A DNA stretch of 50,752 nt from an uncultured Rhodospirillaceae bacterium (GTDB taxonomy: Bacteria > Pseudomonadota > Alphaproteobacteria > UBA8366 > GCA-2717185): positions 1-50,752 of the forward strand of contig CAJWOT010000001.1 of NCBI GenBank assembly GCA_913044215.1, given 5' to 3'. A model generated the notes under the pieces. The model was not told the DNA's origin, ran no database searches, and saw only the letters and a list, made by a program, of their open reading frames with translations. Of this stretch, positions 18,111 through 26,360 are shown piece after piece; position 1 is the first letter of the stretch; each line of letters begins with the position of its first letter. The position numbers were made by a program, and so were the translations under genes.

Positions 18111-19022
18111 CTAATTCGTGCGATGGAACGGTCTATCGCCGGCGACCGTCACCCGGTGCCCGTAGCGTTCGTCCGGCCAGTAGTCCCACATCGCGAGATG
18201 CTGGGTGCAGCGATTGTCCCAAAAGGCGATCGAGTTTTCCCGCCACTGATAGCGGACCTGAAATTCCGGCCGTTTCATATGCTGGAATAGGAAGGTCAGC
18301 AGCGCGTCGCTCTCCTCTCGTTCCATGTCCAGAATGGTCGAGGTAAACGTCTCGTTGACATAGAGTGCCTGACGGCCGGAGACGGGGTGGGTACGAACGA
18401 CCGGGTGTATGGCTGTCGGGAAAGACATGTCGTCGTCGGTTACGCCCTTGTCGGAATAGCGATCGCGAAAGGCGTGTTCCGACTCGTGCAGGGCCTGGCA
18501 ATCGCAAAGAAACGCTTTCATCTTTTCCGACAAGGCGTCGTAGGCGGCGTACATATTGGCGAACAGGGTATCGCCACCCGAGCTGGGGGTGCGATGAATT
18601 TGCAGCATCGTGCCGAGCGGCGGTTCCTCGTCGCAGGATACATCGGTATGCCAATCGGCGCCGTTGTTCACGAAAGACTCGCCGTGCGTGTGAATGACGA
18701 AGAGTTCCGGATGGTCCTCGTTCTTCGCCGCTGCCGGATGCACGTGAAGCGGGCCGAACCGCTTGGCGAAGGAAATTTGCTGTTCCGGCGTCAGTTCCGG
18801 CTGATCCCGGAAGAACAGGACATTGTGGTTGGCGAGTGCCCGGCCGAGATCATCGATCTGCGCCGCGGAGACGGGCTTGGTCAGGTCTACTCCTTCCACT
18901 TCGACGCCGATGACTCGGGTGACCGGCGTCACGCGGATCGTGTCATATACGGTGTCCTGGCGCGCATTCGACAGGGTTTGCGCCCGGTCCAGTTTGCCTT
19001 CATGCAACGGTCGCATTTCCAT
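18111..19022 (-). CDS. Taurine/sulfonate-type TauD/TfdA Fe(II)/2OG dioxygenase
   Basis: 'WHTDVSCDEEPPLGTMLQ...GGDTLFANM...' and 'FWDNRCTQH'. Confidence 0.9.
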   Translation of the reverse strand: MEMRPLHEGKLDRAQTLSNARQDTVYDTIRVTPVTRVIGVEVEGVDLTKPVSAAQIDDLGRALANHNVLFFRDQPELTPEQQISFAKRFGPLHVHPAAAKNEDHPELFVIHTHGESFVNNGADWHTDVSCDEEPPLGTMLQIHRTPSSGGDTLFANMYAAYDALSEKMKAFLCDCQALHESEHAFRDRYSDKGVTDDDMSFPTAIHPVVRTHPVSGRQALYVNETFTSTILDMEREESDALLTFLFQHMKRPEFQVRYQWRENSIAFWDNRCTQHLAMWDYWPDERYGHRVTVAGDRPFHRTN

Positions 19023-19037
19023 GACGTCACCTCTCCC

Positions 19038-19079
19038 AAAAACGACATCGCCCCGCTGTCCAGGGACAACGGGGCGATG
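19038..19079 (-). terminator. Rho-independent terminator or attenuator hairpin
   Basis: Minus-strand RNA reads CAUCGCCCCG-UUGUCCCUGGACAG-CGGGGCGAUG followed by UCGUUUUU. This is a 10-bp GC-rich stem (inner part extendable). It lies ~50 nt after the MCP stop. Confidence 0.65.
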
Positions 19080-19128
19080 CTAGCCAATTTTCGTGGAGTG
19101 GAGAAGCGTCTCCGGCCGCCGGCCCCGG

Positions 19129-20149
19129 CTAGGCGGCGCGGATCGATTCCAGGAAGTTGTCGACTTGCTGCCGCAGGGCCTTCCCTTGTTGGGAGAGCGT
19201 GTCCGCGGCATCCAGAACTTGGCTGGCAGCCTGTCCGGTTTCACCGGCAGCCTCGTTCACCTGTGCGATGTTGCCCGTGATTTCATTCGTTCCCGCCGTT
19301 GCCTGTTGAACGATCGATGCAATCTCCCGCGTTGCCGAGCCTTGTTCGTCGACTGCGTTGGAGATTTCCGTGGATGTCTCGCTGATTCGGCCAATGACGT
19401 CGGATATCCGGCCTATCACCGATATGGCATCATCGGTTTCGCCTTGAATTTGCGAAATTTGGGAACTTATTTCTTCGGTCGCTTTTGCCGTCTGCGTTGC
19501 GAGGGATTTGACCTCCTTGGCGACCACGGCAAACCCACGGCCTGCATCGCCGGCACGGGCGGAATCGATCGTTGCGTTAAGCTCCAGAAGGTTGGTCTGC
19601 GCGGCGATATCGGTGATCAGATCGATGACCTCACCGATTTTGTTGACCGTTTCGGCGAGTTTCTTGATTTTGTTATTGGTCGCGCTGGCTTCCGCAACCG
19701 CGACTTCGGCAATTTTCGACGATTTACCGACATGTTTTCCGACCGTGCCGACGGATGACGAAAGCTGTTCGGTCGCGGACGCAACCGTTTGCATGTTCGT
19801 TGATGTTTCGTCAGTCGTGGCCGCGACGGCGGCGGACCGCTGGTTCGTTTGATTGGCGGCGTCCGACATAGACGTTGCGAGCTCATTCAGGTGTCCGGTC
19901 GAACCGGTCAAAGACTCGACGACCGTCAGGACATTCTTCTCGAACGAGTCGGCCATCGCGAGGACTTCGCGCTTGCGCTACGCGGCTGCCGCCTCGTCCT
20001 GTTTCTGTTTTTCGTCGCGCGCTCTTTTTTGTTCCTGGCGCAGGTCTTCCGCTTGGCTCAGGTTGTCCTTGAAGAAGATGATCGCCTTGGTCATCGCGCC
20101 GATCTCGTCCCGCCGGCGGGTCGGTTTGATTTCGATCTCCATATCGCCG
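19129..20149 (-). pseudogene. Methyl-accepting chemotaxis protein remnant: second HAMP helix plus signalling domain, no sensor or TM region, one in-frame TAG
   Basis: ORF 19978..20346 ends '...GDMEIEIKPTRRRDEIGAMTKAIIFFKDNL...DEAAAA' (HAMP). An in-frame TAG sits at 19978..19980. ORF 19129..19956 continues in the same frame with '[41 protein letters not shown]' (MCP hairpin core). Confidence 0.8.
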
Positions 20150-20836
20150 TCCGGAATGACAGGCAACACAGTTCGCCTTGTTGTTGAACAAGTCGAAGCC
20201 ATGTTTTGCGGTATCCGAAATCGCGTTTTCATCGCTGGCGACCCAGCGCTCAAACGGCGCGACGCCGCTGACAACCGTCCGCTCGAAGGTGGCAATCGCT
20301 TTGGCGATGTTTTCCACCGTAACCCCTTCGCCCGGGAAGCTGACATTGAACAGCGTGCCGTACTCCGGGATCGACTTCAGTTCAGAGACGATGCTTTCCA
20401 TGTTCTGGTTCATTTCGATCGGCGCCGACATCGGGCCGAGCTCTTGCTCTTCTAGCGTTTCGAACCGTCCGTCCCACATGAGCTGTTCCGACCAGGCCAG
20501 ATTCAGAATCGTCGGCGTGCGGCGGCCCAAACGCGTCATCGTGAGGCCGATTCATTTCGGCAAACCGTCACCCCAAGAGAAGCTTGGGTTGTGGCAGGTT
20601 GCACAAGAAATGTAGTTGGCGCCGGAAAGGCGGTGGTCGAAGAAGAGCTTCCGGCCTAGTTCCGCTTTCTCTGCGGAATAGGGGTTCTCTTCGGGGAATG
20701 GAATAGCCGTCGGCCGGATATATTCCTTTTTCCATTCTTCTCGTGACTTCGCCTCCGCTAGCGCCGTCGTCGCGGTCGCCAGAATGGAGACTCCGGTAAT
20801 CGCAACGAAAGCCGTTGCTGCGAATTTTCCGAGCAT
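20150..20836 (-). pseudogene. Di-haem cytochrome c peroxidase/MauG-family remnant: in-frame TGA, 3' third deleted
   Basis: Signal peptide plus first haem site 'CATCHNPSFSWGDGLPK', then TGA at 20552..20554. The same frame continues 'IGLTMTRLGRRTPTILNLAWSEQLMWDGR...FERTVVSG...KANCVACHSG' (second CxxCH). Homology stops there, at the junction with the MCP frame. Confidence 0.8.
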
Positions 20837-20924
20837 TGTGTTTCCCTATCAGCCAAAATCACAGCGCGCAGAGAAACAACGCAGACACTTAAGCGACCGT
20901 TAAAATCGGCCCCGATTGCTCAAA

Positions 20925-20938
20925 TTTGTACGTACAAA
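20925..20938. promoter_or_regulatory. Perfect 14-bp palindrome TTTGTACGTACAAA upstream of the peroxidase remnant
   Basis: Read directly. It extends to a 20-bp dyad with one mismatch and lies ~90 nt upstream of the start at 20836. Confidence 0.3.
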
Positions 20939-21054
20939 ATTACTAACACGGAAGTTTAACGATCCGCGTTCGCATCATAAGGGCCGAATTCCGCGGGATA
21001 TGGCGGTGCCAAAGCGATTTGGCTCACTCGTAACAATTTGGTGAGCGGCGGGGC

Positions 21055-22212
21055 CTATATACTGAGGTCTAACAGATTGTAGTCCTTCATACTGGCCTTT
21101 GCGGCGCTGTCCCAGACCGGCCATTCTCCGGATTCCACGAAGGGCTGATAGGGAAAGGGAACTTCCTCCGGAAACCGCTGGCGCCGTGCGTCGATTGCGT
21201 AACCGATAACGCGAGAACGATCGCGAATTCGGGCATCGTCGTAGACACCGGGCGCATTGTGAATGCCACCACCAGAGACGCCGAGCACCGATCTACGGCG
21301 ATGGCACCCGAAATTAAGGGTCACGCGCCAGTCCGAACTGGTGTTCGCAAAAGACCCGTGCAGGCACTGCCGGTTGGTTATCGCGAGGTCACCTGGGCCG
21401 CATATGAAGGGTACGGCGTCCGGTAGCCGTTCGCTTCCCGCTTCCGCGACCCTTTGTTTGATATCGATCTTGCCGAGTTTGTGCGATCCGGGAACGACCC
21501 ATAGCCCGTTCGCAGGCGTGCAGCCATAAAGCTGCGCCATGAAATTGAACCCGTGGCTGCACTCATCCCAGTCCGGGCTGTCCCAATGGGTAACGCCATC
21601 CTGATGCCAGGCTACCGAAGCCCCGCGGCCGGGTTCCTTGATGAAAATCGCGTCGGAGAAGGGGGTGAAGTCGGGGCCATTGACCGCCGCGGCGATTGCC
21701 AGCAGATTCGGGTGTCCGGAGACGCGCAAGCAGGCTTCGGAGAACTGCAATGCGCCTAAGATCAAATAGACGATGTCCTTCGGCGCATCGGCCGCCGGTG
21801 TCGGCTCAATCATCTTTACCGGATGACGGCCATTTGCGAGATCTGTCCCGCCAAACGGGTCGGCCAACGGCTTTGACCAGAACAGGGTGGGCGCTTCACA
21901 GTCCGCGCCTAATGCGGGCCGGCCTTTCGTATCGACCAGAGATCCCTTTTCGGCAGGGAGACGGTCGAGAATATCGTGCAGGTCAGCTTCGATGTCTTGC
22001 AGCTCGTCAGAGTCAATGACGCCTTCGAATATGTAGAAGCCACACCGCCAATAGGCTTCGAGGATTTCTGGATGAATCTGACCTTCATAGGTGTATCGAA
22101 CGGGGCCGCGGTTGCCGAGGGCGAAAGCCCGTTCCTCACCGTCCCGCAAATAGGCCTGCATGGCAGCCTCTTCGGTGCCGTAATCCGTTCCTGTCGCAGC
22201 AATCGCGCTCAT
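21055..22212 (-). CDS. Phytanoyl-CoA dioxygenase (PhyH) family protein
   Basis: 'GASVAWHQDGVTHW' (HxD) and 'ITNRQCLHGSFANTS'; 385 aa. Confidence 0.8.
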   Translation of the reverse strand: MSAIAATGTDYGTEEAAMQAYLRDGEERAFALGNRGPVRYTYEGQIHPEILEAYWRCGFYIFEGVIDSDELQDIEADLHDILDRLPAEKGSLVDTKGRPALGADCEAPTLFWSKPLADPFGGTDLANGRHPVKMIEPTPAADAPKDIVYLILGALQFSEACLRVSGHPNLLAIAAAVNGPDFTPFSDAIFIKEPGRGASVAWHQDGVTHWDSPDWDECSHGFNFMAQLYGCTPANGLWVVPGSHKLGKIDIKQRVAEAGSERLPDAVPFICGPGDLAITNRQCLHGSFANTSSDWRVTLNFGCHRRRSVLGVSGGGIHNAPGVYDDARIRDRSRVIGYAIDARRQRFPEEVPFPYQPFVESGEWPVWDSAAKASMKDYNLLDLSI

Positions 22213-22258
22213 CGGCTGTCTCCTCGATCACGATGCTAGCGCAGCAGGTTTCGCCTGC

Positions 22259-23197
22259 CTAGCGCGCACGGCTTTTCGGCCAACATTCACGTAAAGCGGT
22301 CAGAAACGCCGAGGCCGCGGGGGCGATGGCCCTATCGCGACGTGTGATGATGCCCAGTCGCTGTACGGCGCCGGAGGCACGAAGGGGGCGCGTTTCGGTA
22401 TCGGCAGGGTAGGGGCCGGCAAAGTAGGTTTCCGGAACGATTGCGACCCCTAACCCTTGCGCGACCAGACGAAACGCCGTTGTGAACTGTCCGACGGTAA
22501 AATGCGAGTCGAGGGTGACGCCGGCCGCCGCGCCGGCGGCATCCAATGCCCGGCGGGCAGCAGCCTCCGTCGGCATGGATATCAGGCGTTCGCCCGCCAA
22601 GTCGTTCAACGTCAGTGTTCTTTGGGATAGATAGGGGTGGCCAGCCGGCAGAACCACGCGGAATCCGTTTTCGCCAAGCGATTCCGCTTCGAGCGGGCCG
22701 CCAATGTCCGTCGTGTCGCCCAGCCCGAAATCTGCGGAGCCGCTGCGCACTTCCTCCAGCACGTTCGTTTGGACGCTCTCGCGCAGGTCGATGGCGATTC
22801 TGGGATAACGCTCCGCGAAACGGGCAAGCGCGGTCGGCAGTACACCATGGGCGATGGTCATGAGGCTCGCGATGACAACGCGTCCCCGCTCGACATCTGC
22901 CAGTTCACGCAAATTACGGAGACCGAGGCCGAGATCGCTCAGCAATCGCTCGGCGAGGGGCATGAATTCGCTTCCCGCCACGGTCAAGGATACCCGCCGC
23001 GTGGTCCGATTAAATATTTCTGTACCAAGAATATCTTCGGCGCGGCGGACAGTCCGGGTCAACGTCGGTTGTGTAACGCCAAGGTCTGCAGCCGCGGCAG
23101 CGAAATTGCGATAGCGGGCGACCGCCAACAGGGCGCGCAGGTGTCTCGTGCTCAAATCGACATCGGGACTGACATTGTCCAATGATACCGGATCCAT
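22259..23197 (-). CDS. LysR-family transcriptional regulator
   Basis: N-terminal wHTH 'LRALLAVARYRNFAAAAADLGVTQPTLTRTVRRAEDILG' plus a LysR substrate-binding domain. It is divergent from the selenoprotein operon. Confidence 0.9.
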   Translation of the reverse strand: MDPVSLDNVSPDVDLSTRHLRALLAVARYRNFAAAAADLGVTQPTLTRTVRRAEDILGTEIFNRTTRRVSLTVAGSEFMPLAERLLSDLGLGLRNLRELADVERGRVVIASLMTIAHGVLPTALARFAERYPRIAIDLRESVQTNVLEEVRSGSADFGLGDTTDIGGPLEAESLGENGFRVVLPAGHPYLSQRTLTLNDLAGERLISMPTEAAARRALDAAGAAAGVTLDSHFTVGQFTTAFRLVAQGLGVAIVPETYFAGPYPADTETRPLRASGAVQRLGIITRRDRAIAPAASAFLTALRECWPKSRAR

Positions 23198-23372
23198 GCT
23201 CGGATTTTCCGGTTATTACATTTATGGTATTAAATAATCGTATTCGAAAATAATTGCATCAATTTAAATTGCGTTGGATATTCCGATGGTCGCACGCGAT
23301 GCGAAGTGGAAATTTCCTTTGCCGGAAGTTCGGCAGTAACATCTGGAACCTGCACTTTTGGAGGCTGGGACG

Positions 23373-24428
23373 ATGACGCTCATTTCGAAACGTTACGAGG
23401 TGGAGGACGTCCTCGCCGCGCAGGAATTCTACCACAGTCGCCAGTGGACGGACGGGCTTCCCGTGGTGCCGCCGACGCCGGAAGCAGTGCAGGCGTGCCT
23501 GGACTGGGTGATGATGCCGGCCGACCATCTGATCGGGATTGAGCCGGTCCGTGAGCGCGCCATTACTGCGGAGAAACTTGCCGTAAACGCCATCATGGCC
23601 GGTTGCTTGCCAATGCATTTTCCGGTTGTTGTGGCGGCGGTTACGGCCATGTTGGAAGAGCCGTTTTTGGTGCATGGGGCGACAGCCAGTACGGGCGGCT
23701 GTGCCGTTATGGTCGTCATAAATGGACCAATCCGACACGAACTTGGCTTGGACGGCACATTCAACGCGCTGGGATCCAGCGATCGCGGTACAACCGTGAT
23801 CGGTCGCGCGATCCGGCTTATCCTAGGCAATCTGCTCGATGTCCGGCCGGGTCAGATTGACCGATCGACTCTCGGTCACCCCGGCAAGCTCAGCTACTGC
23901 ATCGCCGAAGATGAGGAGAACGCCCCCTGGCCATCGCTCGCCGAGGACCGGGGCATTCCAAAGGAGGCGTCCGCTGTCACCGTTATGGCTGCCCTTGCCC
24001 CCCGGCAATTCATGAATGAGTGGACGACCGAGCCGAAGGAAATCCTCGATACCTATTGTGCAGAGATAAAGGCGAACTTGCGCCATTACTCGATCTACCC
24101 CGGAAACTACGCGATCGTCGTGCCACCGCAGTTGCGGACGCATTTCCAGAATGCGGGCTGGTCGCGCCGGGATATCCAGGAATACGTCTTCGAAAATGCG
24201 CGCATTTATCGCCGAGAATGGGCTGACGTCGGTAAAGCAAACGTCGTCGGCAAGCGCGGCGATCAAGAGTATCCGGCGTTACCGGATCCCGAACATTTGC
24301 TGATCATCGCGGCCGGTGGACCGGCGGGCGGTTTCGGCGCGGTTATAGCCCCTTGGCTGGGGCACAAGAGCAGGGCGGTGACGATTGCGATCGGCGCTTG
24401 TCTCGATTGCGAGCCGCCGGCGAATTGA
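23373..24428 (+). CDS. Conserved protein of unknown function; first gene of the selenoprotein operon, C-terminal CxxC
   Basis: 351 aa with a GGAGG RBS 8 nt before the ATG at 23373. GC-rich codon use matches the neighbours. It ends '...AIGACLDCEPPAN'. I cannot assign a family from memory. Confidence 0.75.
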   Translation: MTLISKRYEVEDVLAAQEFYHSRQWTDGLPVVPPTPEAVQACLDWVMMPADHLIGIEPVRERAITAEKLAVNAIMAGCLPMHFPVVVAAVTAMLEEPFLVHGATASTGGCAVMVVINGPIRHELGLDGTFNALGSSDRGTTVIGRAIRLILGNLLDVRPGQIDRSTLGHPGKLSYCIAEDEENAPWPSLAEDRGIPKEASAVTVMAALAPRQFMNEWTTEPKEILDTYCAEIKANLRHYSIYPGNYAIVVPPQLRTHFQNAGWSRRDIQEYVFENARIYRREWADVGKANVVGKRGDQEYPALPDPEHLLIIAAGGPAGGFGAVIAPWLGHKSRAVTIAIGACLDCEPPAN

Positions 24429-24458
24429 GTTTGTAGATAGAAAGGAGAGGTCCCTAGG

Positions 24459-24983
24459 ATGGAAATACTCGATCCTACACATGAGGCGGATGCTGGCGGT
24501 TTTGCCTTGGCGGCACGCCTCTCAGCACTGCAGGGTGCCACGGTCGGCATCATCTCGAATGGGAAGAAGAATACGATTCCGTTCTTCGACGCGTTCGAGA
24601 GCGAGTTGAAAGAAACATACGGGGTTGCCGAGGTTGTCCGCCGGACAAAATCGAACTACAGCGCCCCTGCCGATGCCCATCTGGTGGAAGAAGCGCAAGG
24701 CTGGGACGCCGTCGTCGCCGGTATAGGCGATTGAGGCAGTTGCTCGTCGTGCAGTTTGCATGACGCAGTGATCGGCGAGAAGATCGGCAAACCGGCGGTC
24801 AGTATCATGACCACCAAATTCGTGAGTGCCGCCGAACTCATGGCCCGCGTTTTGGGCGCGGACGGTTATCCGTTCGTGGTCATCGACCATCCCATCAGCA
24901 GTGCCTCTGGAGAGACGCTGGATGATTGGGCTCGGACGGCGGCTGGCCAGAGCGTTGATCTGTTGATTGGCGCAAACCGCTAG
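24459..24983 (+). CDS. UGSC-type selenoprotein (Sec at codon 92, UGA 24732..24734)
   Basis: ORFs 24459..24734 and 24756..24983 are in the same frame and separated only by TGA. Translation across it gives '...WDAVVAGIGD-U-GSCSSCSLHDAVIGEKIGKPAVSIM...'. A strong AAAGGAGAGG RBS precedes 24459. The downstream ORF has only a TTG and no RBS. A SECIS-like hairpin follows. Confidence 0.8.
24745..24765 (+). promoter_or_regulatory. Candidate bacterial SECIS minihelix
   Basis: CGUCGUGCA-GUU-UGCAUGACG forms a 9-bp stem (one G-U pair) with an apical loop containing G and U. It starts 11 nt after the UGA. The apical part UGCA-G.U-UGCA resembles the E. coli fdhF minihelix as I recall it. Confidence 0.6.
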
Positions 24984-24986
24984 CCG

Positions 24987-26156
24987 ATGCCGGAATCCAC
25001 CACTGTCGGTCCGCTTGCCGGCTATAAGATCGTCGAGATCGCTGGCATCGGACCGTCGCCCCTATGCTGTTCCCTGCTGGCCGATATGGGGGCGGATATC
25101 GTTCGTATCGACCGAAAGGGGCTGACCGGTCTCGGCTTCGAATACGCCGGTGTGAAAGCGGATATCCGTCGCCGTGGACGCCCGTCGATTGCGGTTGATT
25201 TGAAGCATCCGAAGGGTGTCGAAACGGTTCTGCGTTTGATCGAGAACGCCGACGCGTTGGTTGATCCGATGCGCCCCGGCGTGATGGAGCGGCTCGGACT
25301 CGGGCCTGACGAATGCTTGGCGCGCAATCCGAGGCTGATCTACGGACGCATGACCGGATGGGGACAGGATGGACCGCTTGCCCCAGTCGCAGGCCATGAC
25401 ATCAACTACATTTCACTATCCGGGGTATTGCACGCCATAGGCACGCGCGAACGGCCGGTGCCGCCGCTCAACGTGATCGGCGATATGGGCGGTGGCGCCA
25501 TGTTCCTGGTCATGGGGCTGCTCGCCGGCATGCTGGAGGCGCGAAATTCCGGCAAGGGGCAGGTCGTCGATGTCGCGATGACGGAAGGATCGGCTTATCT
25601 GGCGATGGCCTGCTTTGGGCTCGCCTCTTCCGGTCATTGGACCGACACCAGGGAAAGTAATCCGCTGGATGGCGGCGCACCGTTCTGGCGTTGCTATGAA
25701 ACCAAAGACGGGAAGCACATATCGATAGGGGCCGTCGAGGAGAAGTTCTACGCCATACTATTGGAGACACTTGAACTTGATCCTACAGACCTGCCCGGGC
25801 AACTCGATCCGGAGGGGTGGCCGGAGATCATCGAGACCCTGGACGCGAAATTCAAAGAAAAGACCCGGGACGAATGGTGCGACATCATGGAAGGCACGGA
25901 TATCTGCTTTGCACCGGTCTTGAGCTTCAGCGAGGCGCCACACCATCCGCATAACCAGGCGCGAGGCAGCTTTGTCGAGGTCGAGGGAATCGTTCAGCCG
26001 GGACCTGCACCGCGTTTCAGCCGGACGCCGTCCAGGGTAAAAGGCGGACCACCGGATTTCGGTGCGCAGACGGAAACAGCCTTGGCGGCTTGGGGATTTT
26101 CCGAATCCGAGATCGATATGTTGAAATCGGAAAAGGCGATCGGGCGCGAACAATAG
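24987..26156 (+). CDS. CaiB/BaiF family III CoA-transferase (alpha-methylacyl-CoA racemase-like)
   Basis: 'LAGYKIVEIAGIGPSPLCCSLLADMGADIVRIDR' and later 'NVIGDMGGG'. The ATG is 3 nt after the selenoprotein stop. Confidence 0.9.
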   Translation: MPESTTVGPLAGYKIVEIAGIGPSPLCCSLLADMGADIVRIDRKGLTGLGFEYAGVKADIRRRGRPSIAVDLKHPKGVETVLRLIENADALVDPMRPGVMERLGLGPDECLARNPRLIYGRMTGWGQDGPLAPVAGHDINYISLSGVLHAIGTRERPVPPLNVIGDMGGGAMFLVMGLLAGMLEARNSGKGQVVDVAMTEGSAYLAMACFGLASSGHWTDTRESNPLDGGAPFWRCYETKDGKHISIGAVEEKFYAILLETLELDPTDLPGQLDPEGWPEIIETLDAKFKEKTRDEWCDIMEGTDICFAPVLSFSEAPHHPHNQARGSFVEVEGIVQPGPAPRFSRTPSRVKGGPPDFGAQTETALAAWGFSESEIDMLKSEKAIGREQ

Positions 26157-26360
26157 CGGTGCCGCGCCACGCACCTTAATTTCGTTCATATCTCCCCCAT
26201 TTGGGGATATTCCGGCCGGCTTTTCGCGGTAAATTATCCTTGGTGCTGCGACGTGCGGCGGGACAGGTCGCTTACGCGATCTTAACCACGCCGTTCGAGA
26301 CTGGTCGGGGGTTAAGACCGGTGTCGCAGTTGAGGCGGCGCGAATTGTCGGGGCGGCGGT

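Noticed and set aside
20552-20554. The in-frame TGA in the cytochrome c peroxidase gene as a second selenocysteine codon
   Set aside because: The position ('DGLPK-x-IGL') is not a Cys or redox position in the family. I could not find a convincing hairpin 10-25 nt downstream. The gene is also truncated at its 3' end, so a nonsense mutation is more parsimonious.
23225-23275. LysR T-N11-A binding box in the LysR/selenoprotein-operon spacer
   Set aside because: Several AT-rich dyads exist (for example TAC-N7-GTA at about 23217..23229 and the 12-bp palindrome CAATTTAAATTG at 23260..23271). In such AT-rich DNA I cannot tell a real site from chance, so it is not listed as a feature.
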